NCBI GenBank assembly: GCA_013204385.1
Contig: JABMNY010000019.1
Coordinates: forward strand, 1-62,087
Source: Candidatus Uhrbacteria bacterium
Lineage (GTDB): Bacteria; Patescibacteriota; Patescibacteriia; UBA9934; GWF2-40-263
DNA length: 62,087 nucleotides
Direction of reading: 5' to 3'
Shown here: piece after piece, positions 45,899 to 55,542 of the stretch
How positions within the stretch are numbered: the stretch's first letter is position 1
Layout of the letters: the number at the start of each line of letters is the position of its first letter
Notes under the pieces: model-generated
Seen by the model: only the letters and a program-made list of their open reading frames with translations
Told to the model about the DNA's origin: nothing
The model's database searches: none
Made by a program: the position numbers and the translations under genes

Positions 45899-47323
45899 AT
45901 GACCGAACGTGTTGCGAGAAATACCCTCTATTTAACCGTTGCTTCTGTTGGACAAAAGCTCATAGCCTTTGTCTACTTTTTGTTTTTGGCTCGCATCATG
46001 ATGCCAGACGCAACAGGGCAATATTTTCTTGCAATTTCTATCGTGACTATTTTTTCCGTTGTCGCTGATTTTGGGATCACTTCTGTGACTGTTCGTGAGA
46101 TAGCAAAAGATGGAAACCGTGCTCCTGAACTTATTTCTCACGCACTTGGACTAAAGCTTCCATTGATCATCCTTGCGATTCTAGGAGCTGTGTTGTCAGG
46201 AGCTGTCCTTGGGTATGACCATTCCATTCAACAACTCATTTGGTTGGCTTGTGGTGTTTTGCTATTAGATGCAATTCAAGTATTTCTCTACGGAGTTCTG
46301 CGAGGATTCCAAGCGCTTCAGTACGAGTCAGTGGGCGTAGCTGTGAGTATGAGCGTTACGGCCCTCATGGGGGGAATCGTTCTTTGGATCTATCCCTCTC
46401 TTCCACTTCTTGTTTTTGCACTTATCGCAGGAAGCCTCATGAATGTATTAATTGCAGGGGCAATGGTTGCTAGACGCGTAGGTTGGAAGGCGTTTATCCC
46501 AGTCTGGTCAAAGAGGCAAACGTTCTGGATACTCAAAACGGCATTTCCGTTTGCGCTCGCGGCTATTTTTGTAAAAGTCTATTCCTACGTTGATTCTATC
46601 TTCATTTCAAAACTTCTAGATATTACGGCAGTTGGACTCTATTCGATTGCCTACAAATTTACGTACGCATTTCAATTTCTTCCACTTGCGTTTATTGCCG
46701 CCTTATATCCTGGAATGAGTGCGGTTGTTGGGAAAGATGAATCTGCTCTCTTGCGCGTGTTTATGCGTTCCATGTGGTATATGGCCATTCTTTCTGCTCC
46801 AATTGTTTTTGGAATCTTTGCGATTTCACAAGAAGCTGTTTTGTTGGCAGGGGAGGGGTATATAGAAGCTGGGGTTGTATTGCAAGTGCTTATTTTTGTG
46901 CTAATCCCAATTTTTCTTGATTTTCCCATTGGTGCACTTCTAAACGCTTCCGGGCGACAAACAACAAAAACAACCATCATGGGACTCACAATGGTGATTA
47001 ACATTATTGCAAATGCGATTCTTATCCCATCCATTGGAATTCTCGGTGCGGCCTATGCTGCGTTGATCAGTTTCATTTTTATGTTTTCTGTCGGACTTTT
47101 CTTTGTTCGGTCTGTGCTACCAAGTTTTTCCTATCAAGAGCTCATGAGCACGGTTGCCCCTATCTATCTCAGTGGAGGGCTGATGTTGTTGTTTGTATTG
47201 CTCCTTAAGCCATTCATTGGCTGGATTCTTGTTATTCCTGTGGGAGGGATTGTCTATCTTGGAGGATTGATTGCAACACGATCTGTGAAAAAGTCTGATC
47301 TTACGTATATTCGCAATATATGA
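45899..47323 (+). CDS. polysaccharide flippase (Wzx/MOP family)
   Basis: VARNTLYL, DFG, ~12+ TMs, AVGLYSIAY, GAAYA. Confidence 0.88.
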   Translation: MTERVARNTLYLTVASVGQKLIAFVYFLFLARIMMPDATGQYFLAISIVTIFSVVADFGITSVTVREIAKDGNRAPELISHALGLKLPLIILAILGAVLSGAVLGYDHSIQQLIWLACGVLLLDAIQVFLYGVLRGFQALQYESVGVAVSMSVTALMGGIVLWIYPSLPLLVFALIAGSLMNVLIAGAMVARRVGWKAFIPVWSKRQTFWILKTAFPFALAAIFVKVYSYVDSIFISKLLDITAVGLYSIAYKFTYAFQFLPLAFIAALYPGMSAVVGKDESALLRVFMRSMWYMAILSAPIVFGIFAISQEAVLLAGEGYIEAGVVLQVLIFVLIPIFLDFPIGALLNASGRQTTKTTIMGLTMVINIIANAILIPSIGILGAAYAALISFIFMFSVGLFFVRSVLPSFSYQELMSTVAPIYLSGGLMLLFVLLLKPFIGWILVIPVGGIVYLGGLIATRSVKKSDLTYIRNI

Positions 47324-48414
47324 GTCTAAATAAACTTCTACTTCTTACGCCAGATTTTCCTCCACAGGAGGGAGGTGTTGCGCGCTATCTCAAAGCGCTC
47401 ACAGAGCATTTCAAAGACCGCATTGAAGTACTGACTGAGCCGCATAGTGCATGGCATACTGTTGATCCAAATGCGGGGATTCCAATTTACCGTGCACACT
47501 TGTTAAGCAAATGGCTCTGGCCTCATTGGCTCAAGACGGTCTACACACTCTGGAAGTATCGATCCCGCTATCACATGATTCTCACGAGTCATGTACTCCC
47601 CATTGGAACCGCTGCCTACTTTGCAAAAAAGTTTACGCATATTCCTTATGTGGTGTTTCTTCATGGGATGGATGTACGACTTGCAAAGACGTCGAAACGA
47701 AAAATTGATCTAACACGTAAAATTCTCAAAGGAGCTCATCTTGTTGTTGCGAACTCGCAGGCGCTCGCAAGAGAAGTGGTTCAGATGTACGGAGTCCAGG
47801 AAGTGCTTGTCGTGTACCCTTGCGTTGATGAACTTAAAACGAATCATTTAGAAAAAGATGTTTCTGAACCATTTCAGTTATTAACGGTCAGTCGACTTGT
47901 TGAGAGAAAAGGGCATAGTCATGTACTAAATGCGCTTGCACACCTTAAAGGAACAGGAGATTTGCGTTCCTTTGTGTATCATATCGTAGGAGAAGGTCCT
48001 ATGGAGGAGACTTTAAAGTCAATGGTTTCGGCGCTCGATCTTCAAGCTTACGTAAAATTTCATGGAGCCGTTACAGATGAAGAGCGGTCTGAGTACTATG
48101 CGCAAGCGGATGTGTTTGTTATGCCTGTTTCACAAGATCCTATTGATAAGGAGGGGTTTGGTCTTGTGTTTATTGAGGCGGCGCAAGCGGGAGTTCCATC
48201 TATTTCGACCGCAATCGAAGGAGTCGACGAGGCCGTCATTCATGGTCAAACAGGAATCTTATTGCCTGATCAAACCGAACAACAACTTGCAAATGCGATC
48301 CTTGCCATGTATCGAGATACGGCTCTGCGTGCAGAGTTTTCAAGAAATGCCAAAGAACATGCTAAACAATTCTTATGCGAGGCACAGATGAGCAAGCTTG
48401 ATCCGTATCTATGA
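47320..48414 (+). CDS. glycosyltransferase family 4
   Basis: DFPPQEGGVARY, SRLVERKG, EGFGLVFIEA. Confidence 0.92.
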   Translation: MSLNKLLLLTPDFPPQEGGVARYLKALTEHFKDRIEVLTEPHSAWHTVDPNAGIPIYRAHLLSKWLWPHWLKTVYTLWKYRSRYHMILTSHVLPIGTAAYFAKKFTHIPYVVFLHGMDVRLAKTSKRKIDLTRKILKGAHLVVANSQALAREVVQMYGVQEVLVVYPCVDELKTNHLEKDVSEPFQLLTVSRLVERKGHSHVLNALAHLKGTGDLRSFVYHIVGEGPMEETLKSMVSALDLQAYVKFHGAVTDEERSEYYAQADVFVMPVSQDPIDKEGFGLVFIEAAQAGVPSISTAIEGVDEAVIHGQTGILLPDQTEQQLANAILAMYRDTALRAEFSRNAKEHAKQFLCEAQMSKLDPYL

Positions 48415-49115
48415 GTCGAATATCTGTCATTATTCCAACATACCAGCACGCAGAGACACTTCCGTCTGTGCTTGATTCAATTCTCAATCAATCCCGAAAG
48501 CCAGATGAGATTATCGTGATCAATGATGGCTCAACAGACAACACAGAAGCAGTTTTGGCTCCCTATCAAGAGCACATCACCTATTTTTCTCAAAAGAACC
48601 AAGGGGCTCCCACAGCAAGAAATCTAGGCTTTACACATTCAAGGGGAGAGTATGTCATTTTCTGGGATGCGGATGTTATTGGTGAGCCTACTATGCTGGA
48701 GCGATTGGAGACGGCACTTGAGAATCATCCTGAGGCATCGTGGGCCTACTCAAGTTTTTGCTGGGGGAAGAAACTATTCTTGAGCACATATTTTGATCAG
48801 GAAAAATTACGAAAAGAAAATTTCATTCATACATCTGCGCTTATTCGACGAGATGTATCTCCAAGGTTTGATGAGAGTCTTAGGCGCTTTCAGGATTGGG
48901 ACCTGTGGCTGACACTCTCCCAAAGTGGAAAACAGGGCATATTTGTCGATGAACCACTTTACCGTGTTCTTGTAGCGTCTGGGCGACCCTCTCTTTCCAA
49001 ATGGATTCCAAAGTTTCTCTATCATATTCCATGGAAACATATTGGTTGGACACCAAGGGTAATTCAAGAGCATCAACGTGCTCGAGAGATTATCGTAAAA
49101 AAACACCATCTATGA
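48411..49115 (+). CDS. glycosyltransferase family 2
   Basis: SVIIPTYQ, NDGSTD, ARN.G, FWDAD, QDWDLWL. Confidence 0.92.
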   Translation: MSRISVIIPTYQHAETLPSVLDSILNQSRKPDEIIVINDGSTDNTEAVLAPYQEHITYFSQKNQGAPTARNLGFTHSRGEYVIFWDADVIGEPTMLERLETALENHPEASWAYSSFCWGKKLFLSTYFDQEKLRKENFIHTSALIRRDVSPRFDESLRRFQDWDLWLTLSQSGKQGIFVDEPLYRVLVASGRPSLSKWIPKFLYHIPWKHIGWTPRVIQEHQRAREIIVKKHHL

Positions 49116-49957
49116 TTTCTACCGTGACGGTCAATTATAAAACAATGGATTACACGCTAAGGATGCTGGAATCCTTATTTGTGCATCACACAAATACAGA
49201 CATGGAAGTGTTTGTGGTTGAAAACGGATCAGGCGATTCTACGCAAGAACTTGAGCGTCGATTTCCGCAAGTTCGACTCATTCAAAGTGAGCAGAATCTT
49301 GGGTTTGCGGGAGGGTGTAATCTTGCGTTAAAAGAAGCAAAGGGAGACGTTCTCATTCTTGTAAATCCAGATATTTTGTTTGAAGATAATGCTCTTGAGC
49401 AAATTGAAGCAAAGATGTTGACTCATGTTGAGGTAGGAATCGGAGGAATCTCATTAAAGAACCTCGACGGATCTCAGCAAGCATGTGTTTGGGCGTTCCC
49501 AAAACCGTGCGATCAAATTCTTCTGCTCTTGAAACTGAATCACATTTTTCCAAACCTCCCTCCGCTAAAGAACTGGTTAATGAAAGATTTTGATTACACG
49601 CAATCTGCTGATGTAGATCAGGTCATGGGAGCATTCTTTTGCATTCGTCGTGAAGTCCTAGAGGAGATTGGGTTTCTGGATGATGGATTTTTTATTTGGT
49701 ATGAGGAAGTGGATTACTGTGTCCGTGCTAAGAATGCAAATTGGCGAGTCCGATACTTTTCCGATCTCCATGCAAAACATAAAAAAGGGGCAAGTTTCGA
49801 TCAGGTCGCGACGATAAAAAAGCAGGCGATGTTGCGCAGGAGTATTCGAAGATTCATGTTCAAGCACTATGGATTTATTGGAGGGATGCTCTTTGTGCTC
49901 GGTGAGCCCATTTTCTGGGTGATGAGTGTACTTACCTCTATTATCAAACCTCGATAA
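49112..49957 (+). CDS. glycosyltransferase family 2 (rhamnosyltransferase-like)
   Basis: VNYKT, ENGSGD, NLGFAGGCN, VNPD, GAFF, YEEVDYC; start moved to MISTV. Confidence 0.9.
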   Translation: MISTVTVNYKTMDYTLRMLESLFVHHTNTDMEVFVVENGSGDSTQELERRFPQVRLIQSEQNLGFAGGCNLALKEAKGDVLILVNPDILFEDNALEQIEAKMLTHVEVGIGGISLKNLDGSQQACVWAFPKPCDQILLLLKLNHIFPNLPPLKNWLMKDFDYTQSADVDQVMGAFFCIRREVLEEIGFLDDGFFIWYEEVDYCVRAKNANWRVRYFSDLHAKHKKGASFDQVATIKKQAMLRRSIRRFMFKHYGFIGGMLFVLGEPIFWVMSVLTSIIKPR

Positions 49958-49961
49958 TTGT

Positions 49962-51488
49962 ATGCAACAATTTTTCTCACACACATTTTGGAAGGCGCTC
50001 TTAATCATCGGTGTCTTGTATGGATTAGGACTCGTGGGCTATCTCACAAGTCTTTCAGGTGCTCTCCTTGTTGGAGTCTATTTTGTGACCACACTTCTGG
50101 CTTGGAAGCATTTGGATAAGGCAATGTATCTCGTATTCATTGAATTGTTCTGCAACCCACATGGCGTCTTGTTTCAAACAGATGTCTCTGGATTTTCAGT
50201 GACGCTACGCATGGCCATTTTTGGGGGAGTGATGACAGGGTGGGGAATTGGCTGGCTCACAAAGAAATACAAACCAGCACTCTCCGATGATCGTGCGCAC
50301 ATCTTTTTGTTTCTTGCGATGGCAGCCAGTATGGGATTCATTATAGGTGTGCTCGCACGAGATCCATTTGTGGTATTTTCAGACGGAAATGCCTATTTGT
50401 ATTTATTGTATCTTTTACCAATACTCAGTGTTCGATGGAATCATGAACATCGTCATGACCTACTTCAAATTCTTGCAGCGGGGGCATTGTGGGTTGCCGG
50501 ACTTTCATTTCTTCTCTTGTTTATCTTTTCACATTTTGGAGAAGGAATCCTACAAGTCACATACTATTTTTTTCGTGATTTGAGAGTCGCAGAAATTACA
50601 GCACTCAATGGAGGGGCTTATAGAATTTTTCTTCAGTCCCAAGTGTTTACGATTCTATTTGGTTGGATTTTACTTGCCATGGCTGGATCTGGATATAAAC
50701 GTCAGTGGTTGATGGGTCTGGGTGCTGTCGTTATAGCTGTTGTCTTGCTTGCGCTTTCAAGAAGTTTTTGGGTGGGGCTAAGTGTTGCAACTCTATTTCT
50801 GTTGGTGGTCTTATATCGATCTGTAAAACCCTCATTACGCACCGTCGCTCGGTTTGGTGGATGGATGTTTGCAACAGTGCTTCTGAGTTTAGGTCTTCTG
50901 ATCGCGATCGCCCTTTTTCCATTTCCAGGAAAGGGAATTACTGGCGCTTCGTTGGTCGATTCCCTTAAAGAGAGAACAACAGATTCTCAAGATGTTGGTA
51001 TTTCTAGCCGTTGGAATCTTCTCCTTCCGATGCTTACAGAGATTCGAACGAGTCCGTTTGTGGGTCATGGATTTGGAACATCCGTGACGTTTAAAACAGA
51101 TGACCCACGTGCGCGTGAATTACGTCCTGATGGAATGTGGACGACGGTGGCAATGGAATGGGGTTGGCTCGAGCTCTGGATCAAGATGGGAATCTTGGGG
51201 CCAATAGGCTTCCTTTACGCCGCATACGAGCTCACACGACGTCTCTTAGCGTATACTTGGACGGAACAAGCATGGCTTGGGTATGGGCTTATTTCAGGAA
51301 TCGTATTCCTGTTTGCAACACACTTCTTTTCCCCCTACCTTAATCATCCAATCGGACTCGGATACCTCTTGTTTCTCGTCCCATTTCTCCCAAACAAAAA
51401 ACAGGCCGTTTCCGCAGGCACTGTTTTATTCGAAGAGTTGTTGTCCGTAAAGCAACCCGTAGGTGTCCTGACGTCAAAAGAGTCTTAG
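49962..51488 (+). CDS. O-antigen ligase/polymerase family membrane protein
   Basis: Multi-TM, SRSFW, SSRW, P.VGHGFG, ELWIKMGILG; start moved to MQQFF. Confidence 0.75.
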   Translation: MQQFFSHTFWKALLIIGVLYGLGLVGYLTSLSGALLVGVYFVTTLLAWKHLDKAMYLVFIELFCNPHGVLFQTDVSGFSVTLRMAIFGGVMTGWGIGWLTKKYKPALSDDRAHIFLFLAMAASMGFIIGVLARDPFVVFSDGNAYLYLLYLLPILSVRWNHEHRHDLLQILAAGALWVAGLSFLLLFIFSHFGEGILQVTYYFFRDLRVAEITALNGGAYRIFLQSQVFTILFGWILLAMAGSGYKRQWLMGLGAVVIAVVLLALSRSFWVGLSVATLFLLVVLYRSVKPSLRTVARFGGWMFATVLLSLGLLIAIALFPFPGKGITGASLVDSLKERTTDSQDVGISSRWNLLLPMLTEIRTSPFVGHGFGTSVTFKTDDPRARELRPDGMWTTVAMEWGWLELWIKMGILGPIGFLYAAYELTRRLLAYTWTEQAWLGYGLISGIVFLFATHFFSPYLNHPIGLGYLLFLVPFLPNKKQAVSAGTVLFEELLSVKQPVGVLTSKES

Positions 51489-52432
51489 ATCAACACAGAC
51501 CCATCAATATCTCGATACCCTTGAATGAACGCGTCGGCGTTCATTTTTGGTTTTCCTTCTAATTGCACCTGCAGGAGTTCGAGTGTTCCGTCTTGGCAAT
51601 CAACGTACAGATGACCGTCACGAATCAGAGCGGTCCCTGGAGGAAGGTCTGCATTGAAGTCGGCTGGCCGAAGAGACAGAAGTTTGAGTCTTAAACACAC
51701 GCCCGGCTTACGTTCCCAGCAGGTCCAGGTTCCTGGCCATTCGCTGTACGCTCGACTCTTTCTTTCAATCACTTCGAGCACTTGTGACCAATTCACGTGA
51801 CCATCTTCTTTGTCGAGAAGTCGAGTCAGTGTTGCCTTTGATTCATCTTGAGGGAGAGGAAGGATCTCATCAGCCAAGTAGCGCTTAAGTGTTGATGCGA
51901 GAAGTTGTGGACCAACTACATGAACTTTTTTGACCAAAGACGAATAGGTCTCATCCGCGTCGAGAGTGATGTGATCTGTGGCAAGGAGTGGTCCTGTATC
52001 CATTCCTTCATCGAGCAACATAATCGCCACACCTGTTGATGGGTCACCCTCCGCAATGGCCCATTGCATGGGAGATGAACCACGATGCAAGGGGAGAAGA
52101 GATGGGTGTACGTTGATACATCCACGTGCCGGCAAATCGAGGACATTTTTTGGAATCATTTTCCCGTAGGCCACCACAACAAAAAAATCCGCGTGGTACG
52201 CGTTGAGCTCCTCTTCAATGTGTGTGTCAGTTTTAAGAGATGTAGGCTGTAGGACGGGAATTAACGCATCCTGTGCAAGCAGTTTGACGGGGGGAGAGGC
52301 AATCTCACCTCCACGACCAACAGGTTTGTCGGGTTGCGTCACAACCGCACAAACCTCAATCTCTGGATCGAGAATAAGTTCACGTAAAAAAGGTGTTGAA
52401 AATTCTGGTGTTCCGAAAAAAACAATCTTCAT
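51485..52432 (-). CDS. fmt: methionyl-tRNA formyltransferase
   Basis: FFGTPEF, TQPDKPVGRG, VAYG, NVHPSLLP, GMDTGP. Confidence 0.97.
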   Translation of the reverse strand: MKIVFFGTPEFSTPFLRELILDPEIEVCAVVTQPDKPVGRGGEIASPPVKLLAQDALIPVLQPTSLKTDTHIEEELNAYHADFFVVVAYGKMIPKNVLDLPARGCINVHPSLLPLHRGSSPMQWAIAEGDPSTGVAIMLLDEGMDTGPLLATDHITLDADETYSSLVKKVHVVGPQLLASTLKRYLADEILPLPQDESKATLTRLLDKEDGHVNWSQVLEVIERKSRAYSEWPGTWTCWERKPGVCLRLKLLSLRPADFNADLPPGTALIRDGHLYVDCQDGTLELLQVQLEGKPKMNADAFIQGYRDIDGSVLI

Positions 52433-52434
52433 AC

Positions 52435-52911
52435 TTACATCGTTGCCTGACGTGTGTATTCATCTACCTTATCGATGAAAAGAATACCGTCTAAATGATC
52501 GATCTCGTGTTGAAAAATAACAGATGTAAGATTTTCGACTTTCAGCGTGATGGTTTGACCGTGTCTATTGAGTGCCTTTACTTTCACTGCTTTATTTCGA
52601 GTCACGTATCCCCAAATTCCTGGGACAGACAGACATCCTTCTTCGACATAATGCCCTTTGCGTAAAGAACGTGCCGTGATCACTGGATTGATAAACGCTT
52701 GAGCGCCTGTTCCATCATCCACAATAATGACACGTTTGTGCGTGCCGATTTGTGGAGCGGCAATGCCAATGCCGTTTTCGATGTTCATGGAATCGATCAG
52801 GTCATCAATAAGTGTCTGCATTTCATCAGAAGCAAGCTCCTGTGCCGTAACAGCAACAGAAGGTTCTCGCAGTAGAGTGTTTGGATTTTTGACAACAGGT
52901 CTGTTTGTCAT
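52435..52911 (-). CDS. def: peptide deformylase
   Basis: GIGIAAPQIG, EGCLSVP, QHEIDHLDG. Confidence 0.98.
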   Translation of the reverse strand: MTNRPVVKNPNTLLREPSVAVTAQELASDEMQTLIDDLIDSMNIENGIGIAAPQIGTHKRVIIVDDGTGAQAFINPVITARSLRKGHYVEEGCLSVPGIWGYVTRNKAVKVKALNRHGQTITLKVENLTSVIFQHEIDHLDGILFIDKVDEYTRQATM

Positions 52912-52926
52912 AAGGCAACTAAATTA

Positions 52927-54756
52927 TCATGTCAGAGCGTTTGTGTCAATGATATAACGATCTGGAAGTGTCGTGAAGATGGCTAATAGATCATTAAATT
53001 GTTGGAGAGGAATTCCGCATGAAAGCACAGCATGCCCTTTATGATTCCAGGAAAGAGGATGCATGATCACATTCGGGATGTCTGAAATCTGATCCGAAAG
53101 TTGTTGGATGGCTATTTCTGCTTTTCTCCGTTCGTCTTCGCGGTAGACGATCCGACACCATCTGTAGACTGGAGGAAGTTGATAGCGCCCACGGGCTGCA
53201 AGCTCTTCGTTTGCGGTAAGGAAAGGATCTTGAATGGTGTGTGTCACAAGATCAGGGCTGTTCGTCTGAAGCAAGACAGGTGAACGACGCGCAAATCCTA
53301 ACCACGCCCACTGCCAGGTATCGCGAAGGAGGTCTTCCATGGCTGTTGGCTTTGCATCGTAGAGTGGGGAATCGACATTGATATGCACAACGAGTCCGAT
53401 GGATGAGGGTTTGAATGGATCGAAGAGCGACTCATAATAGTACGTCGTCACAACGAGAATATCTGCGTGTGAACGTTCTGGATGATCCTTATCAATAATG
53501 GCAATTGACGCGTTTGGGTAGAGTGATTGAAGTTCAGAAACGAGGTCCTGATTTCCAATACCCATCGGTCCTAAGTTTGTACTCTGGCAACTTGTACAAC
53601 GAAGAGCAATGGGTTCTTTGTGTCGGCATCTGGCGCATTCTAGTGTATGAGATAACGCGGTGAGTGGTGTTGCACACGTGGGGCAAAAGAACCGGTGCAA
53701 ACAATCTCGACAACGCAATTCATGAGATCCACCTTTTTTATTGTAAACACACAAAACTTGTTTCTTTTGCGTAAGTGCAGAATAGATCGCTTCACCAGCA
53801 CTATAACTGACAGATTGGTGCACGGTGGCAAAGCGCTCCTGATTCATGTTCACGACTTGGACGGTAGGGTAGGTTCCCCAGTTTAATCGTTCTGAATCAG
53901 TAAACCTACTGAGTGTCATGGGAGACGGGGCGGCGTCTAAACAAAACACATTTGAGGCAAAGGTCTCGTGATGTTGCCAGACGAGTTCTCGTGCATCGTA
54001 ACGCGGGTTTCTGTCCCATTGTTTGTGGTTTCTGTCACCTGAACGCACGAGAAAAATAGTCGTGATTGACGCGTCTATTGAGAGAATTGCTGTTCGTGTT
54101 CCAAGAAGAATTCCTTCTGTCATCTCTCTGAACTCTTGCCAGGCATTGAATCGTTCGTTATTGCTTTCGTCCCCGGTAATGATCACTGGCTGAAAACCCG
54201 TAAGGTGCGCTCTTAACAGTTGCACATCCCTGCCAGTTGGCAACAGAATAAGAATTTTTTGCTTTTCCGACTTTTGCAGATACCCCAAAATAATCGCGGC
54301 TGCCCGACGTAAATCTGGTGTCTGAATGAAGGCTTTTCCACGATGTGCAATTGTATGGACAATCCGAACCACATGTTCTGCTTCAGAACTTGGTAACGTG
54401 AGCGGAAGCCACGAGAGCGTTTTAGGTTTAGGTTTAGACGCCCGCTTGGGAGGTGTTGGGAGCGAGGCATTCAGCATCGAAGCAATTGATTGAGCGAGAT
54501 CCTTTGCAATGCGTTCAAAAAAAGAGAGTTCTTCCTCTCTTAATGCAACTTGTTCATGAACGGCTTTGATCGTTTTGAGGGTGATTCCTCTTGGAGGTTT
54601 ATCTTTCACGGCTTTGACAATGCCCCAAAGTTCTTTGTTGCGATACGGAATTCGAACAAGAGCCCCTCGCACAAGCGGCATATCTTCCGGAATGAGATAA
54701 TCAAACGCATGTCGATTCCGTGGAAGTCTGGTGAGTGGGTAGACTTCAGCAATCAT
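52927..54756 (-). CDS. priA: primosomal protein N' (PriA), helicase motifs degenerate
   Basis: N-terminal FDYLIP..GALVRIPY; GTRTA; K..RNPRYDARE; four CxxC zinc pairs; no Walker A. Confidence 0.85.
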   Translation of the reverse strand: MIAEVYPLTRLPRNRHAFDYLIPEDMPLVRGALVRIPYRNKELWGIVKAVKDKPPRGITLKTIKAVHEQVALREEELSFFERIAKDLAQSIASMLNASLPTPPKRASKPKPKTLSWLPLTLPSSEAEHVVRIVHTIAHRGKAFIQTPDLRRAAAIILGYLQKSEKQKILILLPTGRDVQLLRAHLTGFQPVIITGDESNNERFNAWQEFREMTEGILLGTRTAILSIDASITTIFLVRSGDRNHKQWDRNPRYDARELVWQHHETFASNVFCLDAAPSPMTLSRFTDSERLNWGTYPTVQVVNMNQERFATVHQSVSYSAGEAIYSALTQKKQVLCVYNKKGGSHELRCRDCLHRFFCPTCATPLTALSHTLECARCRHKEPIALRCTSCQSTNLGPMGIGNQDLVSELQSLYPNASIAIIDKDHPERSHADILVVTTYYYESLFDPFKPSSIGLVVHINVDSPLYDAKPTAMEDLLRDTWQWAWLGFARRSPVLLQTNSPDLVTHTIQDPFLTANEELAARGRYQLPPVYRWCRIVYREDERRKAEIAIQQLSDQISDIPNVIMHPLSWNHKGHAVLSCGIPLQQFNDLLAIFTTLPDRYIIDTNALT

Positions 54757-55541
54757 AGATGAACTTGAGCCACAAGATATCCAACTCCAAATGGGTGTTC
54801 GTATGAGAGTAATTCTACGCGGATTTTCTTCTTTTCAAATATCCCAAAAAAAATGAGGAGCTGTTCTTGAATACAAGCACTCGCCTTTTTGACCACCTCT
54901 TCTGGAATGGTGAGGAGTTTTGCAGAGGAGAAATCCGTCACACACTCTTGAATTTTTTTGTCATACAATTCTCCTTCTGGACGAAATCCGAGAGGGGCAT
55001 CTGAACTTAAACAATGGGAAAGATCTCCTGAGGCAATCACCGCAATCCGTTTTTGTGAATGCTCAAAAACATCTTGAAGTTCTGCGCCAAAGTGCAGGTG
55101 TTCTTTTGGAGAAAGTCCAGAATAGGAAATAGGGAGAATGCGAATATGAGGGAGGTGTTGTGTAAGAAAAAAGAGCGGAACTCCAGTTCCGTAATCTAAA
55201 GAAGTATTTGAATCAAGTGTAAGCGGAACAGAGTGAGTTTGCATGTGTCGTTGCACATCAGTTACAAGTTCAAGATCTGCTTGAAGCGAACGAGAGGTTG
55301 CAAGATCTCCAAAGTCTTTAAACTCAATTGCATAATGATCATGCAAATTGATAGAGAACGCTTCTTTATGTTGAATGGCATGACCAGAAACAACAACAAT
55401 GGTGTCAGGTTTAGAAGCGTATAGTTCTTCCTCAAGATGCTTCAAGGCAGAAACAGTTGTTTCTAGCTTCTTTACATTTTCTTTTCCCACTCCTGGAATC
55501 AAAAGGGGGGTATGAGGGGTAATTCCTGCAAAACAAATCAT
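54753..55541 (-). CDS. MEMO1/LigB-like (AmmeMemoRadiSam-type) protein
   Basis: PHTPLLIPGVG, DYGT.VPL, ASGDLSH, SYE.PFGVGY. Confidence 0.8.
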   Translation of the reverse strand: MICFAGITPHTPLLIPGVGKENVKKLETTVSALKHLEEELYASKPDTIVVVSGHAIQHKEAFSINLHDHYAIEFKDFGDLATSRSLQADLELVTDVQRHMQTHSVPLTLDSNTSLDYGTGVPLFFLTQHLPHIRILPISYSGLSPKEHLHFGAELQDVFEHSQKRIAVIASGDLSHCLSSDAPLGFRPEGELYDKKIQECVTDFSSAKLLTIPEEVVKKASACIQEQLLIFFGIFEKKKIRVELLSYEHPFGVGYLVAQVHL

Positions 55542-55542
55542 A

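Noticed and set aside
54753-55541. Complete AmmeMemoRadiSam system
   Set aside because: Only the MEMO/LigB-like gene is here; no AMMECR1 domain or radical SAM gene is adjacent.
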